From IMG/VR virus record IMGVR_UViG_3300012000_000013, positions 1,712-65,711 of that record: 64,000 nucleotides of DNA. One strand, written 5' to 3'. Made by a program: the position numbers and the translations under genes. This document shows positions 1-8,685 of this stretch, one piece after another. Numbering within the stretch: the first letter of the stretch is position 1; each line of letters starts with the position of its first letter. Source of the stretch: a virus (lineage: Duplodnaviria > Caudoviricetes). Below the pieces are notes generated by a model. The model was not told the DNA's origin. It did not search any database and saw nothing but the letters and a program-made list of their open reading frames with translations.

Positions 1-336
1 CTTTTGCATAATGTTCATTTGCTCGGCAATACGAGGCAAAGACATTGAATTCTTAGCTGCTATTTTACCATTAATACTAATTTCTTGTAAAACACTTGAA
101 GAACCAGAAGAAATGGCTTCAGAAACATTTGATACTTTACTTGAGCGGTCTATTGCTGAATAACCTTTACCAAAAACTTTACGACCAACAATTGATCCTA
201 GCCCAGACCCTCCAAAAAGAATGTTTCTAACATCCATTTTTTCTCGGTTAGACTTATTCAAAGCGGAAGCTGTTCCGCCAATTAAACCTTTGGTTTTATA
301 TTCTTGTTGTAATATGTCAGCTAATCTACTTGCCAT
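1..336 (-). CDS. 5' part of a gene running off the window (MASRLADILQQEYKTKGLIGG...); tape-measure/hub-region candidate by position
   Basis: Manual translation: ATG at 336-334, open for 112 codons to position 1; starts 2 nt after the gp51-like stop. Function inferred from position only. Confidence 0.6.
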   Translation of the reverse strand, partial: MASRLADILQQEYKTKGLIGGTASALNKSNREKMDVRNILFGGSGLGSIVGRKVFGKGYSAIDRSSKVSNVSEAISSGSSSVLQEISINGKIAAKNSMSLPRIAEQMNIMQK

Positions 337-338
337 TT

Positions 339-470
339 TTAATGCCTTTGCATTTGTTTAATCTTCTCGTTTTCTTCTTCCAGATATCTCATTAGCATAT
401 TCACATAGATATCTCTTTCCCAAGGTAACATATTTTCCAATTCAGTCAAACTATACTTGTGATGTTGCAT
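339..470 (-). CDS. gp51: gp51-like baseplate hub assembly protein (43 aa from first ATG; frame open upstream to 551)
   Basis: Manual translation MQHHKYSLTELENMLPWERDIYVNMLMRYLEEENEKIKQMQRH, the typical small ORF following gp26 in T4-like cyanomyophage-type genomes; below the ORF-track length cutoff. Confidence 0.8.
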   Translation of the reverse strand: MQHHKYSLTELENMLPWERDIYVNMLMRYLEEENEKIKQMQRH

Positions 471-520
471 TAAAGCAAAGTTTGTTTGATAATAGTTCGT
501 CAGGTTTTCATAACCAAAAC

Positions 521-1255
521 TTATACGAAAAAATTTTGAATTCCTTCTACTTCAATTTTTTCTTCGTGGCCACATTTATTGCATTTAAAATCTACATCTT
601 TTCTTATCTTTGGCATCGTGTCAAAGAAATTTTTAATTTTTTCCAAATCTTTACTCTGCATGGATTCTATAAATTCAATTAAATCTTCCTCTTGAGAATC
701 TTTTGCATAATAAATTTTATCGGCATCATACACATAATCAATACAATTTACTGTCATTTTAATAATTGAATCCGCTTCTGATACATCTTTAAATTTTTTA
801 AGAGTTTCAAAATTTGGATATTTCATTACAATACCAAGTTTTTCAGTAATTTGAATTTTATTTGTATGTCCTTCTTGTTTTTCTGGATGAATATCTAAAA
901 CATTTAAATCAATTTGAACAACATTATTACATTTTTTTTCTTCTTTAGTTTCTTCATCCAAAACATCATTATTGCATTTATATTTTAGATTCACCACTTC
1001 TCCTATTGACCTTGCACGAATATTTAAAAATAAATGTTCAATGTCAAATAAAGGTAAAGAATCTGCTTGAAACTCATCTAAAATACAATTATTAAGAATC
1101 TGTTTAATTGTATCAACAATCGTAGTTAAATCTTCACCTTCATTAGCCATCAAAAAGAGTTTTTCTTCTTTTACTGTAAATGGTCTAAATCGCAAGCTTT
1201 TGCCGGTGGACAATAACTTTACATTATAAATGGGCACATCAATTTTAGGTAACAT
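521..1255 (-). CDS. gp26: baseplate hub assembly protein gp26-like
   Basis: MLPKIDVPIY...RFRPFTVKEEK, LFLNIRARSIGE, CxxC near C-terminus, ends GIQNFFV. Confidence 0.85.
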   Translation of the reverse strand: MLPKIDVPIYNVKLLSTGKSLRFRPFTVKEEKLFLMANEGEDLTTIVDTIKQILNNCILDEFQADSLPLFDIEHLFLNIRARSIGEVVNLKYKCNNDVLDEETKEEKKCNNVVQIDLNVLDIHPEKQEGHTNKIQITEKLGIVMKYPNFETLKKFKDVSEADSIIKMTVNCIDYVYDADKIYYAKDSQEEDLIEFIESMQSKDLEKIKNFFDTMPKIRKDVDFKCNKCGHEEKIEVEGIQNFFV

Positions 1256-1271
1256 ATTAAATCCTCATAAA

Positions 1272-2042
1272 TTAAAAAATCTTTGCAAGCGTTTTTCCTA
1301 TTGTATTGTTAATAGAATTTCCTGCTCTATCAAAAAAAGGCGCAGCTTTAACACCAAACAAAGCACTAGCGGCTGCAGCCAAATCATAACTACCTTCGTA
1401 TATAACTTTATATCGCTGATATGCAAACTGTACCGATAACCGATGAAAGTTATCTTCTGACCAATTTAATGGTTGTGCAGCCACACCAATTGGAAAAGCA
1501 TCAACCAATTCTACTGAGTAAATCTTTTTAATAAAATCATCATATTGAATAATTGTGATATTGCACATATAACGAGTTGAGTTTCCTTTTGGAAATCTCA
1601 TATTGTTTGTGTCTGACGGATGGATTGCTTCTATCCAACGGTCAAACAGTTTTCTCTCATAGAAATCATTTGTGCAAATAAATCCTAAATTAATATCATT
1701 GTATTGTGATTGATATGGCACTTTAAATGTGGGGCCGTAAATCTTAACATCCTGTGTTAATAATGTTCGACCGGGCAACTCAGCAGTTTCACATTGTAAA
1801 GCTAAGTAACGAGATAAAGAAGCATTGGTTGTTCTTGTTGCTGGATCCTGAGGTGCTGAAAAGATATCAGTTACAGATGATACAATATTATTTGGTAAAT
1901 TAATCAATTGTTCAAGAACTGAATTACCTACAAATGAATTGATATAACTTGGAATAGGAAGAATCACCTCAAACCTAGAAGGTTTTGCCGGGCCATCGTG
2001 TGCTTTAATGTTAGTTAAAAATAATTGTGGTGAAAAAGACAT
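1272..2042 (-). CDS. gp54: baseplate tail-tube initiator (gp54-like, gp19 fold)
   Basis: PSRFEV, CETAELPGR, KLFDRW, AFPI...LNW, LSVQFAY tube-fold motifs; position next to gp2. Confidence 0.7.
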   Translation of the reverse strand: MSFSPQLFLTNIKAHDGPAKPSRFEVILPIPSYINSFVGNSVLEQLINLPNNIVSSVTDIFSAPQDPATRTTNASLSRYLALQCETAELPGRTLLTQDVKIYGPTFKVPYQSQYNDINLGFICTNDFYERKLFDRWIEAIHPSDTNNMRFPKGNSTRYMCNITIIQYDDFIKKIYSVELVDAFPIGVAAQPLNWSEDNFHRLSVQFAYQRYKVIYEGSYDLAAAASALFGVKAAPFFDRAGNSINNTIGKTLAKIF

Positions 2043-2620
2043 TAGAATTTTTTCCTAGAATCTGCGTAAACTTTATTTTTTGTTGCGCCTATAAAATATT
2101 CATATGGAATTAAGGCAGCAATATCCCATTCTTCAGCAGGTATTTCTAAGAACCTACTGTCAACGTGTTTGTAAAGGTACCTCTTGATACAAGGAGTACC
2201 TTCAAAAATTCTGGAGGCATTTTTAAGTGTGTGATACCTCAAACGAAACTTTGTGGTTTCATCGTAGTCATCATTATTTAAAAATACACTCAATTTGTCT
2301 AAAAGGATAATCCGTTGCTTTGGGCTGATATAATGCAAATTCAGGCCTAGAAAACCGTCTGGGTAACGTTCAATTGGTATAACCAATGGGAACCTATCGT
2401 AATATGGCAACGAATCCTTTAACTTAGGGTCGTAAAAATAAAAATACATACAACCCAACATCGACCTATTTTTTATCTTATCACGGTCTTTCATTAACGC
2501 CGTGCGCTGAGGTGATAAATTCTTTACCTTAGCTTTTAACCACTCTCTAGCTGCATTGGTTCTTGGTTCTAAACCTTCTTCCGATAGCTGCTGAGTGATT
2601 CTTTCTAGTAAATAAGCCAT
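2042..2620 (-). CDS. gp2: DNA end protector protein
   Basis: YFYFYDPKLKDSLPYYDRFPL, GLNLHY, CIKRYL motifs. Confidence 0.9.
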   Translation of the reverse strand: MAYLLERITQQLSEEGLEPRTNAAREWLKAKVKNLSPQRTALMKDRDKIKNRSMLGCMYFYFYDPKLKDSLPYYDRFPLVIPIERYPDGFLGLNLHYISPKQRIILLDKLSVFLNNDDYDETTKFRLRYHTLKNASRIFEGTPCIKRYLYKHVDSRFLEIPAEEWDIAALIPYEYFIGATKNKVYADSRKKF

Positions 2621-2624
2621 ACTC

Positions 2625-2632
2625 TATTTATA
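2625..2632 (-). promoter_or_regulatory. T4-type late promoter TATAAATA for gp2
   Basis: Exact consensus on minus strand, 4 nt before the ATG; gp55 is present in the window. Confidence 0.8.
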
Positions 2633-2711
2633 CTCAAAAATAAAGTCCATTATTACCTGCTTTTTGGCAGCAAAACCTTATAAGTATCGGTGTTCCGCTT
2701 TAAAGATAAGG

Positions 2712-3158
2712 TTATAGTAATCCAAGCTCCTGTTCCGTTACCACGAGGAACTTCCACCCATGTTCCTGACAGAATATATCCGCAGCTCTCCATTTCTCCT
2801 GATTAACCGCATAGGTTGCCATCTCCTGTAAAAATCTCTTAGTTTTCCTTTTCTGAGTAGGCATCTTTGTCTGTGCCATTGGCTTTACCTCAATAATATA
2901 AGTCATTACCTTGCCGTCTTTCAACCTCATCTTGGCGATAAAATCTGGAAAGTAGCGGTGCATTTTATTGTCGATTGGAGACTTGTATGGTACTGCCAAT
3001 TCTTCTGACGACCACCAGAGAACATTCGGATGTTCATCGAGCCATTTCATTACCCTACGTTCCCATGTTGACCGATAGACGATGTTATCCGCATCACCTT
3101 TATATTTGGTGGGGTGTCTTGGATTGAACCATCCTTTATAAGTTTTGCCAAATGTCAT
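2712..3158 (-). CDS. gp4: head completion nuclease (TnsA-like PD-(D/E)xK)
   Basis: KYKGD...YRSTWE, WSSEE, HRYFPDF, IEVKP, NQEKW motifs. Confidence 0.92.
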   Translation of the reverse strand: MTFGKTYKGWFNPRHPTKYKGDADNIVYRSTWERRVMKWLDEHPNVLWWSSEELAVPYKSPIDNKMHRYFPDFIAKMRLKDGKVMTYIIEVKPMAQTKMPTQKRKTKRFLQEMATYAVNQEKWRAADIFCQEHGWKFLVVTEQELGLL

Positions 3159-3165
3159 ATAAATA
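3158..3165 (+). promoter_or_regulatory. late promoter TATAAATA for gp48 operon, overlapping the gp4 start codon
   Basis: Exact consensus in the divergent gp4/gp48 junction. Confidence 0.8.
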
Positions 3166-3191
3166 TGTAGTAAATCTCCATAGGATACTAA

Positions 3192-4460
3192 ATGGCACTT
3201 TTCAATCTCACCGACATTAGTTTTAAGGCTCCAGGTTCAGCAAAAGGACCCCTCGCTTCTCTAACTGAAAATTCAGAGTATGCGTCATCAACACTTCGTT
3301 TTCCTAGTGATGTTGGAAGTAGTGATAAAGCTCACTACATGGTTATTAATATAAATGAACAAAAGAAAACTCAGTTTTCTGGTACTGAAGCTTCAGAAAA
3401 ACCATTTGTTATTCAAAATCGTATTGATAATCCAACTTTAAGACCAAATATAGGTGGTGTAAAAGAACTTTTAGGTTCAGCTTTATCAAGTGATCCTGGT
3501 AAAATAGTTCAAGAAAAATTTAGAAATGCAGGTAGTTCTCTTTTAGGAGCAATTTCTGGAACAGGAAGAGCTGGAGAAATCGTGTCTAGTTTATCATCTG
3601 GAGTTGGAGACCAAGCAATACAATACATTAAACAAATTGATTCAATTGGATTTACAAGAACAATTCGCAGAATTAAAAACACAATTGTTTTGTATATGCC
3701 TGACACTTTAATGTATTCACAAAGTCAAAGTTATTCACAAACAGACATTGGTGGAGGTCTTGTTTCTGGAATGATGTCCGCTGCTAGTTCATTAATGGAA
3801 ACAAAAAGAAATAATCCTGGGGCTAATAGTGAACAATTAGCTAAAGAATATGGAAAAAATTTAGCACCATTTTTTGCCAGTGCTGCTTTAAATCAATCAG
3901 CTCTTGGCAAAACAATTTTTGCAGCTGCTACAGGCACAGTTGTTAATCCAATGATGGAAATACTTTATAGTTCTCCAACGCCTCGTAATTTTCAATTTGA
4001 TTTTCAATTTAACCCAAGAGATGAAAAAGAAGCAAAAGAAGTTCAAGACATTATTGATAGTGTTAGATTCTTTCAGGCACCAGAAATCGCTCCATCAAGT
4101 GGAGGTTTCTTTTTAATTCCTCCTGCTGAATTTGATATTAGTTTCTATTATAACGGACAAATTAATCCAAATATACCTCCAATTTCTACTTGTGTATTGA
4201 CGAATGTTAATGTCAATTATGCTCCAAGTGGTTTTTCTGCATATGAAGTTCCAAATCAAAAAGCTTCTATTGGTGGTACAGGTATGCCAGTTTCAATTAT
4301 TATGCAATTGTCATTTATGGAAACTGAAATGGTCTATAAAAATAGTAATTTATTAAGAAGGCCTGTTGGAATTGGATCTTCAGCAACACAAAGAAATGCA
4401 GATATCTCTGCAGCTTATAACACAGCCGAATTAGGTCAAGTTCAGTTCCGTCAAGAATAA
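3192..4460 (+). CDS. gp48: baseplate tail tube cap
   Basis: LYMP, VVNPMMEILYSSP-R-FQFDF-F-P, CVLTNVNVNYAP, MQLSFMETE motifs. Confidence 0.85.
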   Translation: MALFNLTDISFKAPGSAKGPLASLTENSEYASSTLRFPSDVGSSDKAHYMVININEQKKTQFSGTEASEKPFVIQNRIDNPTLRPNIGGVKELLGSALSSDPGKIVQEKFRNAGSSLLGAISGTGRAGEIVSSLSSGVGDQAIQYIKQIDSIGFTRTIRRIKNTIVLYMPDTLMYSQSQSYSQTDIGGGLVSGMMSAASSLMETKRNNPGANSEQLAKEYGKNLAPFFASAALNQSALGKTIFAAATGTVVNPMMEILYSSPTPRNFQFDFQFNPRDEKEAKEVQDIIDSVRFFQAPEIAPSSGGFFLIPPAEFDISFYYNGQINPNIPPISTCVLTNVNVNYAPSGFSAYEVPNQKASIGGTGMPVSIIMQLSFMETEMVYKNSNLLRRPVGIGSSATQRNADISAAYNTAELGQVQFRQE

Positions 4461-4471
4461 AAAAAACAATC

Positions 4472-5110
4472 ATGTCAAAATATTTTAACTACTTTCCAAA
4501 AACTTTTTATAAGTTAAATCAAAATTCAAATGATGTTGATGCTGTTACAAATATAACAGCTCGTTTTGGATTTGAACAAGCTTTTAAAAATAATTCTGCT
4601 GTTTATTATGAATATGATGTGCAGGATAGTGATACTCCAGAAATAATTGCAAACAAGTTTTATGGATCTCCAGAACGCCATTGGGCAGTTTTAATGATAA
4701 ATGACATTGTGGATCCACAATTTGATTGGCCTCTTGACCAAAGAACAATCATTTCATACATAGATGAAAAATATTCGGCTAATGCGAGTGTTGGTCAATC
4801 TGGCAAAACTTGGGCTCAAGCAAACATTCACTCATATTATAAAGTTGAAACACGCACCACAAATTCAACTGGAACTGAATTGCAATCAAAACTTAAAATT
4901 GATGCGAATACATATGCTAATGTGGCAGCTACAACATCCAATCTAACATTAGATGACGGCAATTCAATTACAATTACCACAACTAAAGAAACCAAATCAT
5001 ATTATGATTATGAGGTTGAAGAAAATGAAGCTAAGAGAACCATTAAATTGTTAAAGCCAGAATTTGTTTCATCCATTGAAGAAGAACTTAAAATTATTTT
5101 TAATACATAA
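4472..5110 (+). CDS. gp53: baseplate wedge subunit (LysM-like)
   Basis: MSKYFNYFP, DTPEIIANKFYG...HW...N-I-DPQFDWP, YEVEENEAKRTIKLLKP. Confidence 0.9.
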   Translation: MSKYFNYFPKTFYKLNQNSNDVDAVTNITARFGFEQAFKNNSAVYYEYDVQDSDTPEIIANKFYGSPERHWAVLMINDIVDPQFDWPLDQRTIISYIDEKYSANASVGQSGKTWAQANIHSYYKVETRTTNSTGTELQSKLKIDANTYANVAATTSNLTLDDGNSITITTTKETKSYYDYEVEENEAKRTIKLLKPEFVSSIEEELKIIFNT

Positions 5111-6405
5111 TGTCCATTGAAATAAATCAAACCTCACAATTTAAAATAAAAGATTTATCAATTATATCAAAGTTTGGTAAAATTGATATAGGAGGAGTGT
5201 TTCAGGAATTAAACATTTTTGATACAATGTTAATGCCTTGTATGTCAGGCAATATTGTTATACATGATGCTATAGGTCTTTCTCAAAAACTATACTTCGA
5301 TGGAAGTGAAAGTATCAGTATTGATATCTCTAAAAGTGATGAGAGTTTGGCTGTAACAAACATGAAAAAAACTTTTAGAATTTATAAACAATCCGACAGA
5401 AAAAATATAAATCAAACATCTGAGGAATATATTTTATATTTTGTTTCTGATGAATTTATATATTCTTTGCAACAAAAAATTAATCAATCTTTTACTGGTT
5501 CATATAGTTCTGCAGCTGAAAAAATATTAAAAAATTATTTAAAAGTTAAAACTCCAATTGTTGTTGAGCAATCTCAAGGCCTTCACGATTTTATTATTCC
5601 TCTATTATCACCTTTTGATTCTCTTAATTGGTTAGCTACTCGTTCTTTAAACAGTAAAAATTTACCAAATTTTATATTTTTTCAAAACAAATATGCTTAT
5701 AATTTTACTTCTTTAGATACAATTTTTTCAAATAAAGAAATTGCAAAAATTAATTTTAATCCAAAAAACACAGGCACTTCAGTAGAAAACGATGAATTTT
5801 TTGGTGCAAGAGATGTGAGAATAATATCTCAATTTAATATAGCACAAAATATATTAGATGGAGCATATTCTGGAAAATTTATTGGTTTTGATGTTTTAAC
5901 TAGAAATTTAAGCATAAATTTAATTCCTTTTAATAATGTTTATTCAAAAGGAAAACACTTAAACAAATATCCTAATGTTCCAGCTGCAAAAAATAGACAA
6001 AATTTAAATGTTGATGAGATGACGGATTCTAAAATTAATTTGTATCCATTCATGTCAACAAGAGTAAATAGTTCATATGTTAAAAAAAATTACAATCGAA
6101 ATGCAACCGTTATAGATGATACGGATAATTATGTGTTTCAAAGAGCTGCTTTGTTATCAAATCTAATTGCAACCAGGTTACAAATAACTTTGCCTGGTAA
6201 TTTTTCTCTTTCATCAGGATTTAATGTGTATCTTAATTATCCAAAACGAGGAGTTTATGATAACCCATCTGAAGCTATGGATAAAACTTTACAAGGCAAA
6301 TATTTAATTGTGGCCGCAAGACACATAATTAGATATGATAAACATGAAACTTTACTTGAAGTTGCTAGCGATTCAAGTAATCGTCCTTTAGTAACACAAG
6401 GATAA
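5110..6405 (+). CDS. baseplate hub protein (gp27-like)
   Basis: Position between gp53 and gp5; LPGN...GKYLIVAARH C-terminal hub motif. Confidence 0.65.
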   Translation: MSIEINQTSQFKIKDLSIISKFGKIDIGGVFQELNIFDTMLMPCMSGNIVIHDAIGLSQKLYFDGSESISIDISKSDESLAVTNMKKTFRIYKQSDRKNINQTSEEYILYFVSDEFIYSLQQKINQSFTGSYSSAAEKILKNYLKVKTPIVVEQSQGLHDFIIPLLSPFDSLNWLATRSLNSKNLPNFIFFQNKYAYNFTSLDTIFSNKEIAKINFNPKNTGTSVENDEFFGARDVRIISQFNIAQNILDGAYSGKFIGFDVLTRNLSINLIPFNNVYSKGKHLNKYPNVPAAKNRQNLNVDEMTDSKINLYPFMSTRVNSSYVKKNYNRNATVIDDTDNYVFQRAALLSNLIATRLQITLPGNFSLSSGFNVYLNYPKRGVYDNPSEAMDKTLQGKYLIVAARHIIRYDKHETLLEVASDSSNRPLVTQG

Positions 6406-6407
6406 AA

Positions 6408-6704
6408 ATGGAAAAAGTGAATTTTGCTGGAGCAAATGGTTTTATATGGTGGGTTGGAGTTGTTGAGGACCGACTTGATCCTTTAGCCATTGGCCGGTGC
6501 CGTGTAAGAATATTTGGATGGCATTCTGAAAAAAAGAATTTAGTTCCTACAAAAGATTTACCTTGGGCTCACCCAATGCAACCAATTAATAATTCTAAAA
6601 ATTTCTCTGCTCCAAGAATTGGAGATTGGATTGTTGGTTTCTTTTTAGATGGTGAAAATGCACAACAACCAGTAATGATGGGAGTTTTACCAGGAATAAA
6701 ATGA
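6408..6704 (+). CDS. gp5: gp5 N-terminal OB-fold domain as a stand-alone ORF
   Basis: FIWWVGVVEDRLDPLAIGRCRVRIFGWH, LPWA, VGFFLDGENAQQPVMMG; stops after 98 aa. Confidence 0.88.
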   Translation: MEKVNFAGANGFIWWVGVVEDRLDPLAIGRCRVRIFGWHSEKKNLVPTKDLPWAHPMQPINNSKNFSAPRIGDWIVGFFLDGENAQQPVMMGVLPGIK

Positions 6705-6928
6705 GTAAATTAATGGAACTACATAAGTTGGCTGCAAAAGTAAAAATATTGGAAGAAAAATATTTTGCTGGAGTATTAACTGAAAAAGAGTTTGCTGAAC
6801 AAATGGAAAAAACAAACTGCCATTGCCATGATGATATTGTGCTTGATGCTTGTCATGCAGACCAAGATGTTTGTTATCGTGAAATAATTAATAATGCAAT
6901 GAAAATGATTAAAAAAGGAACATCATAA
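6701..6928 (+). CDS. small Cys/His-rich hypothetical protein
   Basis: ATGA overlap with upstream ORF, TAATG overlap with downstream ORF; CHCH...CH...C. Confidence 0.65.
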   Translation: MSKLMELHKLAAKVKILEEKYFAGVLTEKEFAEQMEKTNCHCHDDIVLDACHADQDVCYREIINNAMKMIKKGTS

Positions 6929-7821
6929 TGGCTACGGAAGCTATACCAAGTCCCAATGTAGCAAAGATAGATTCTTTAACATCTGCTGATTCTAATGATA
7001 AGAAAAAGAATTTGCCGTCAAATCCACCAGCTTTAGGTGTAGGCATTGTTGAAGGCACAATTGTTGACAATTTAAATTCTCAAATATCTCATGTTTGTGA
7101 TTTTTCTTTAGATATTCAAAAAAATATTGGATTAAAAAAATATGTTAAAGCCATTTCTAGGTTTATTAGAGATGGAATTCGTGCTGTCAAACTTGCATTA
7201 GGTTTTGGAGAACCATCTGGACTTATTTTTACCGTTATTGAGAAATTAAAAGCTGCAGCTGCTTTTATTAGGTATGTTCAAAAAGAATATATTCAACCTG
7301 TTCTTGATTTTCAAAAATATGTTCTTGATGTTGTTGTAAAAATAAAAAAACTAATTCAATGGATTTTAAGTTTGCCAGCAAAAATATTTGCCATGTTAAA
7401 AGGTTGTTTAACAAGACTTTATAAAACAATTGCAAGTATTTTCTCTGACGCTTGGAATGAAGCTACAGCTGAAGAAGCAGCTGACTTTGCCGCACAAAAT
7501 CCAACTAGCGATTTGATTACTGAACCACCAGGAACACCAGAAGAAGGATCTTTCTCTCAATTAAGAGAAGCTGCTAGCGATTTAAATAATGCTAGAAATA
7601 AACTCACTCAAGGAGTAGAAACTGTTGTTAAAGATACTGTAACAATATTAGCTTCTGCTACAAATTTAACCTCTGTTTCAACCACAGATGGTGATTTAGA
7701 TCCAGAATACATAGAAGCCATTCTTGTTGAAGTTCAAGAATCATCAGCTAACGCTACGCTTGTTGCTGAAAACAATATGAATAGTGTTTCTGGTATTATT
7801 AATAATAGTAATGGAGGATAA
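6928..7821 (+). CDS. hypothetical helical baseplate/spike-region protein
   Basis: 297-aa ORF coupled within the gp5 locus; basic amphipathic middle, acidic C-terminus. Confidence 0.7.
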   Translation: MATEAIPSPNVAKIDSLTSADSNDKKKNLPSNPPALGVGIVEGTIVDNLNSQISHVCDFSLDIQKNIGLKKYVKAISRFIRDGIRAVKLALGFGEPSGLIFTVIEKLKAAAAFIRYVQKEYIQPVLDFQKYVLDVVVKIKKLIQWILSLPAKIFAMLKGCLTRLYKTIASIFSDAWNEATAEEAADFAAQNPTSDLITEPPGTPEEGSFSQLREAASDLNNARNKLTQGVETVVKDTVTILASATNLTSVSTTDGDLDPEYIEAILVEVQESSANATLVAENNMNSVSGIINNSNGG

Positions 7822-7823
7822 TT

Positions 7824-8666
7824 ATGGCAACGTATGAAAGACCTCCAATTGAAAGCACCTGGATTGAACCAGAATCTGCTGCAAACGATGAAACTAAACC
7901 AGAATATCCATATAATAACATTCAACAAACTGAAGGTGGCCATTCATTTGAAATGGATGATACACCCACTCGTGAAAGAGTTCGTATTCAACATGGTAAA
8001 TCAAAAAACTTTATTGAAATGCACCCCAATGGTGACCAAGTTGTAAAAATATTTGGTGATGGTTATGAAATTGTAGCCAAAAATAAAAATGTTTTAATAA
8101 AAGGTGTTTGTAATATTACTGTGCGTGGTGATTGTAATATGGAAGTTTTAGGCAATTTTAATCAATCTGTTACTGGTGATTACAATCTTGCTGTTAAGGG
8201 TCAATATAATGTTCGAGCAGTTAAAGATATTTCTATATCAGGTGATGATGATGTATCAATTTCTGCAAATGAAAATACTGGCGGTTCTGTAAGACTTGGT
8301 GCTGCAACATCGGTTGATATAAGTTCAGATTTGAATGTGTATGGACCAGCTACTTGTGATTCGCTTGTTGCAACAACACGAGTAACTGGAGGTATGGGTG
8401 TTACAGCTGGACCATTTGGATTTACATCTGCTCTTGGAGGACTTTCTCTTGGCAAACCAACTCCAGCAACTCCAGTTGCAATACCTGGTTCTATCACCAC
8501 GGTGGGACCAATTATTTCTGATGTATCTGTGGCTGCACCTCTTGGTAATTTTTTAATAATGACTTCTGTTTTGATGACGGATATAGTTAATACCACAATG
8601 TATAATTTTCACCAGCATCCTGCACCAAGAGGAATTACAGGATTTCCAACTTTGCCAATGATTTAA
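7824..8666 (+). CDS. gp5: gp5 C-terminal spike (beta-helix) protein with HxH tip
   Basis: YPYNNIQQTEGGHSFEMDDTP..ERVRIQH, EMHPNG, VxG repeats, C-terminal FHQHP. Confidence 0.85.
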   Translation: MATYERPPIESTWIEPESAANDETKPEYPYNNIQQTEGGHSFEMDDTPTRERVRIQHGKSKNFIEMHPNGDQVVKIFGDGYEIVAKNKNVLIKGVCNITVRGDCNMEVLGNFNQSVTGDYNLAVKGQYNVRAVKDISISGDDDVSISANENTGGSVRLGAATSVDISSDLNVYGPATCDSLVATTRVTGGMGVTAGPFGFTSALGGLSLGKPTPATPVAIPGSITTVGPIISDVSVAAPLGNFLIMTSVLMTDIVNTTMYNFHQHPAPRGITGFPTLPMI

Positions 8667-8685
8667 TTTATAATGGAGAAATAAA

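Noticed and set aside
482-682. Plus-strand 66-aa ORF and other short overlapping ORFs in the track
   Set aside because: Antisense or out-of-frame to well-supported conserved genes, without SD or recognisable motifs
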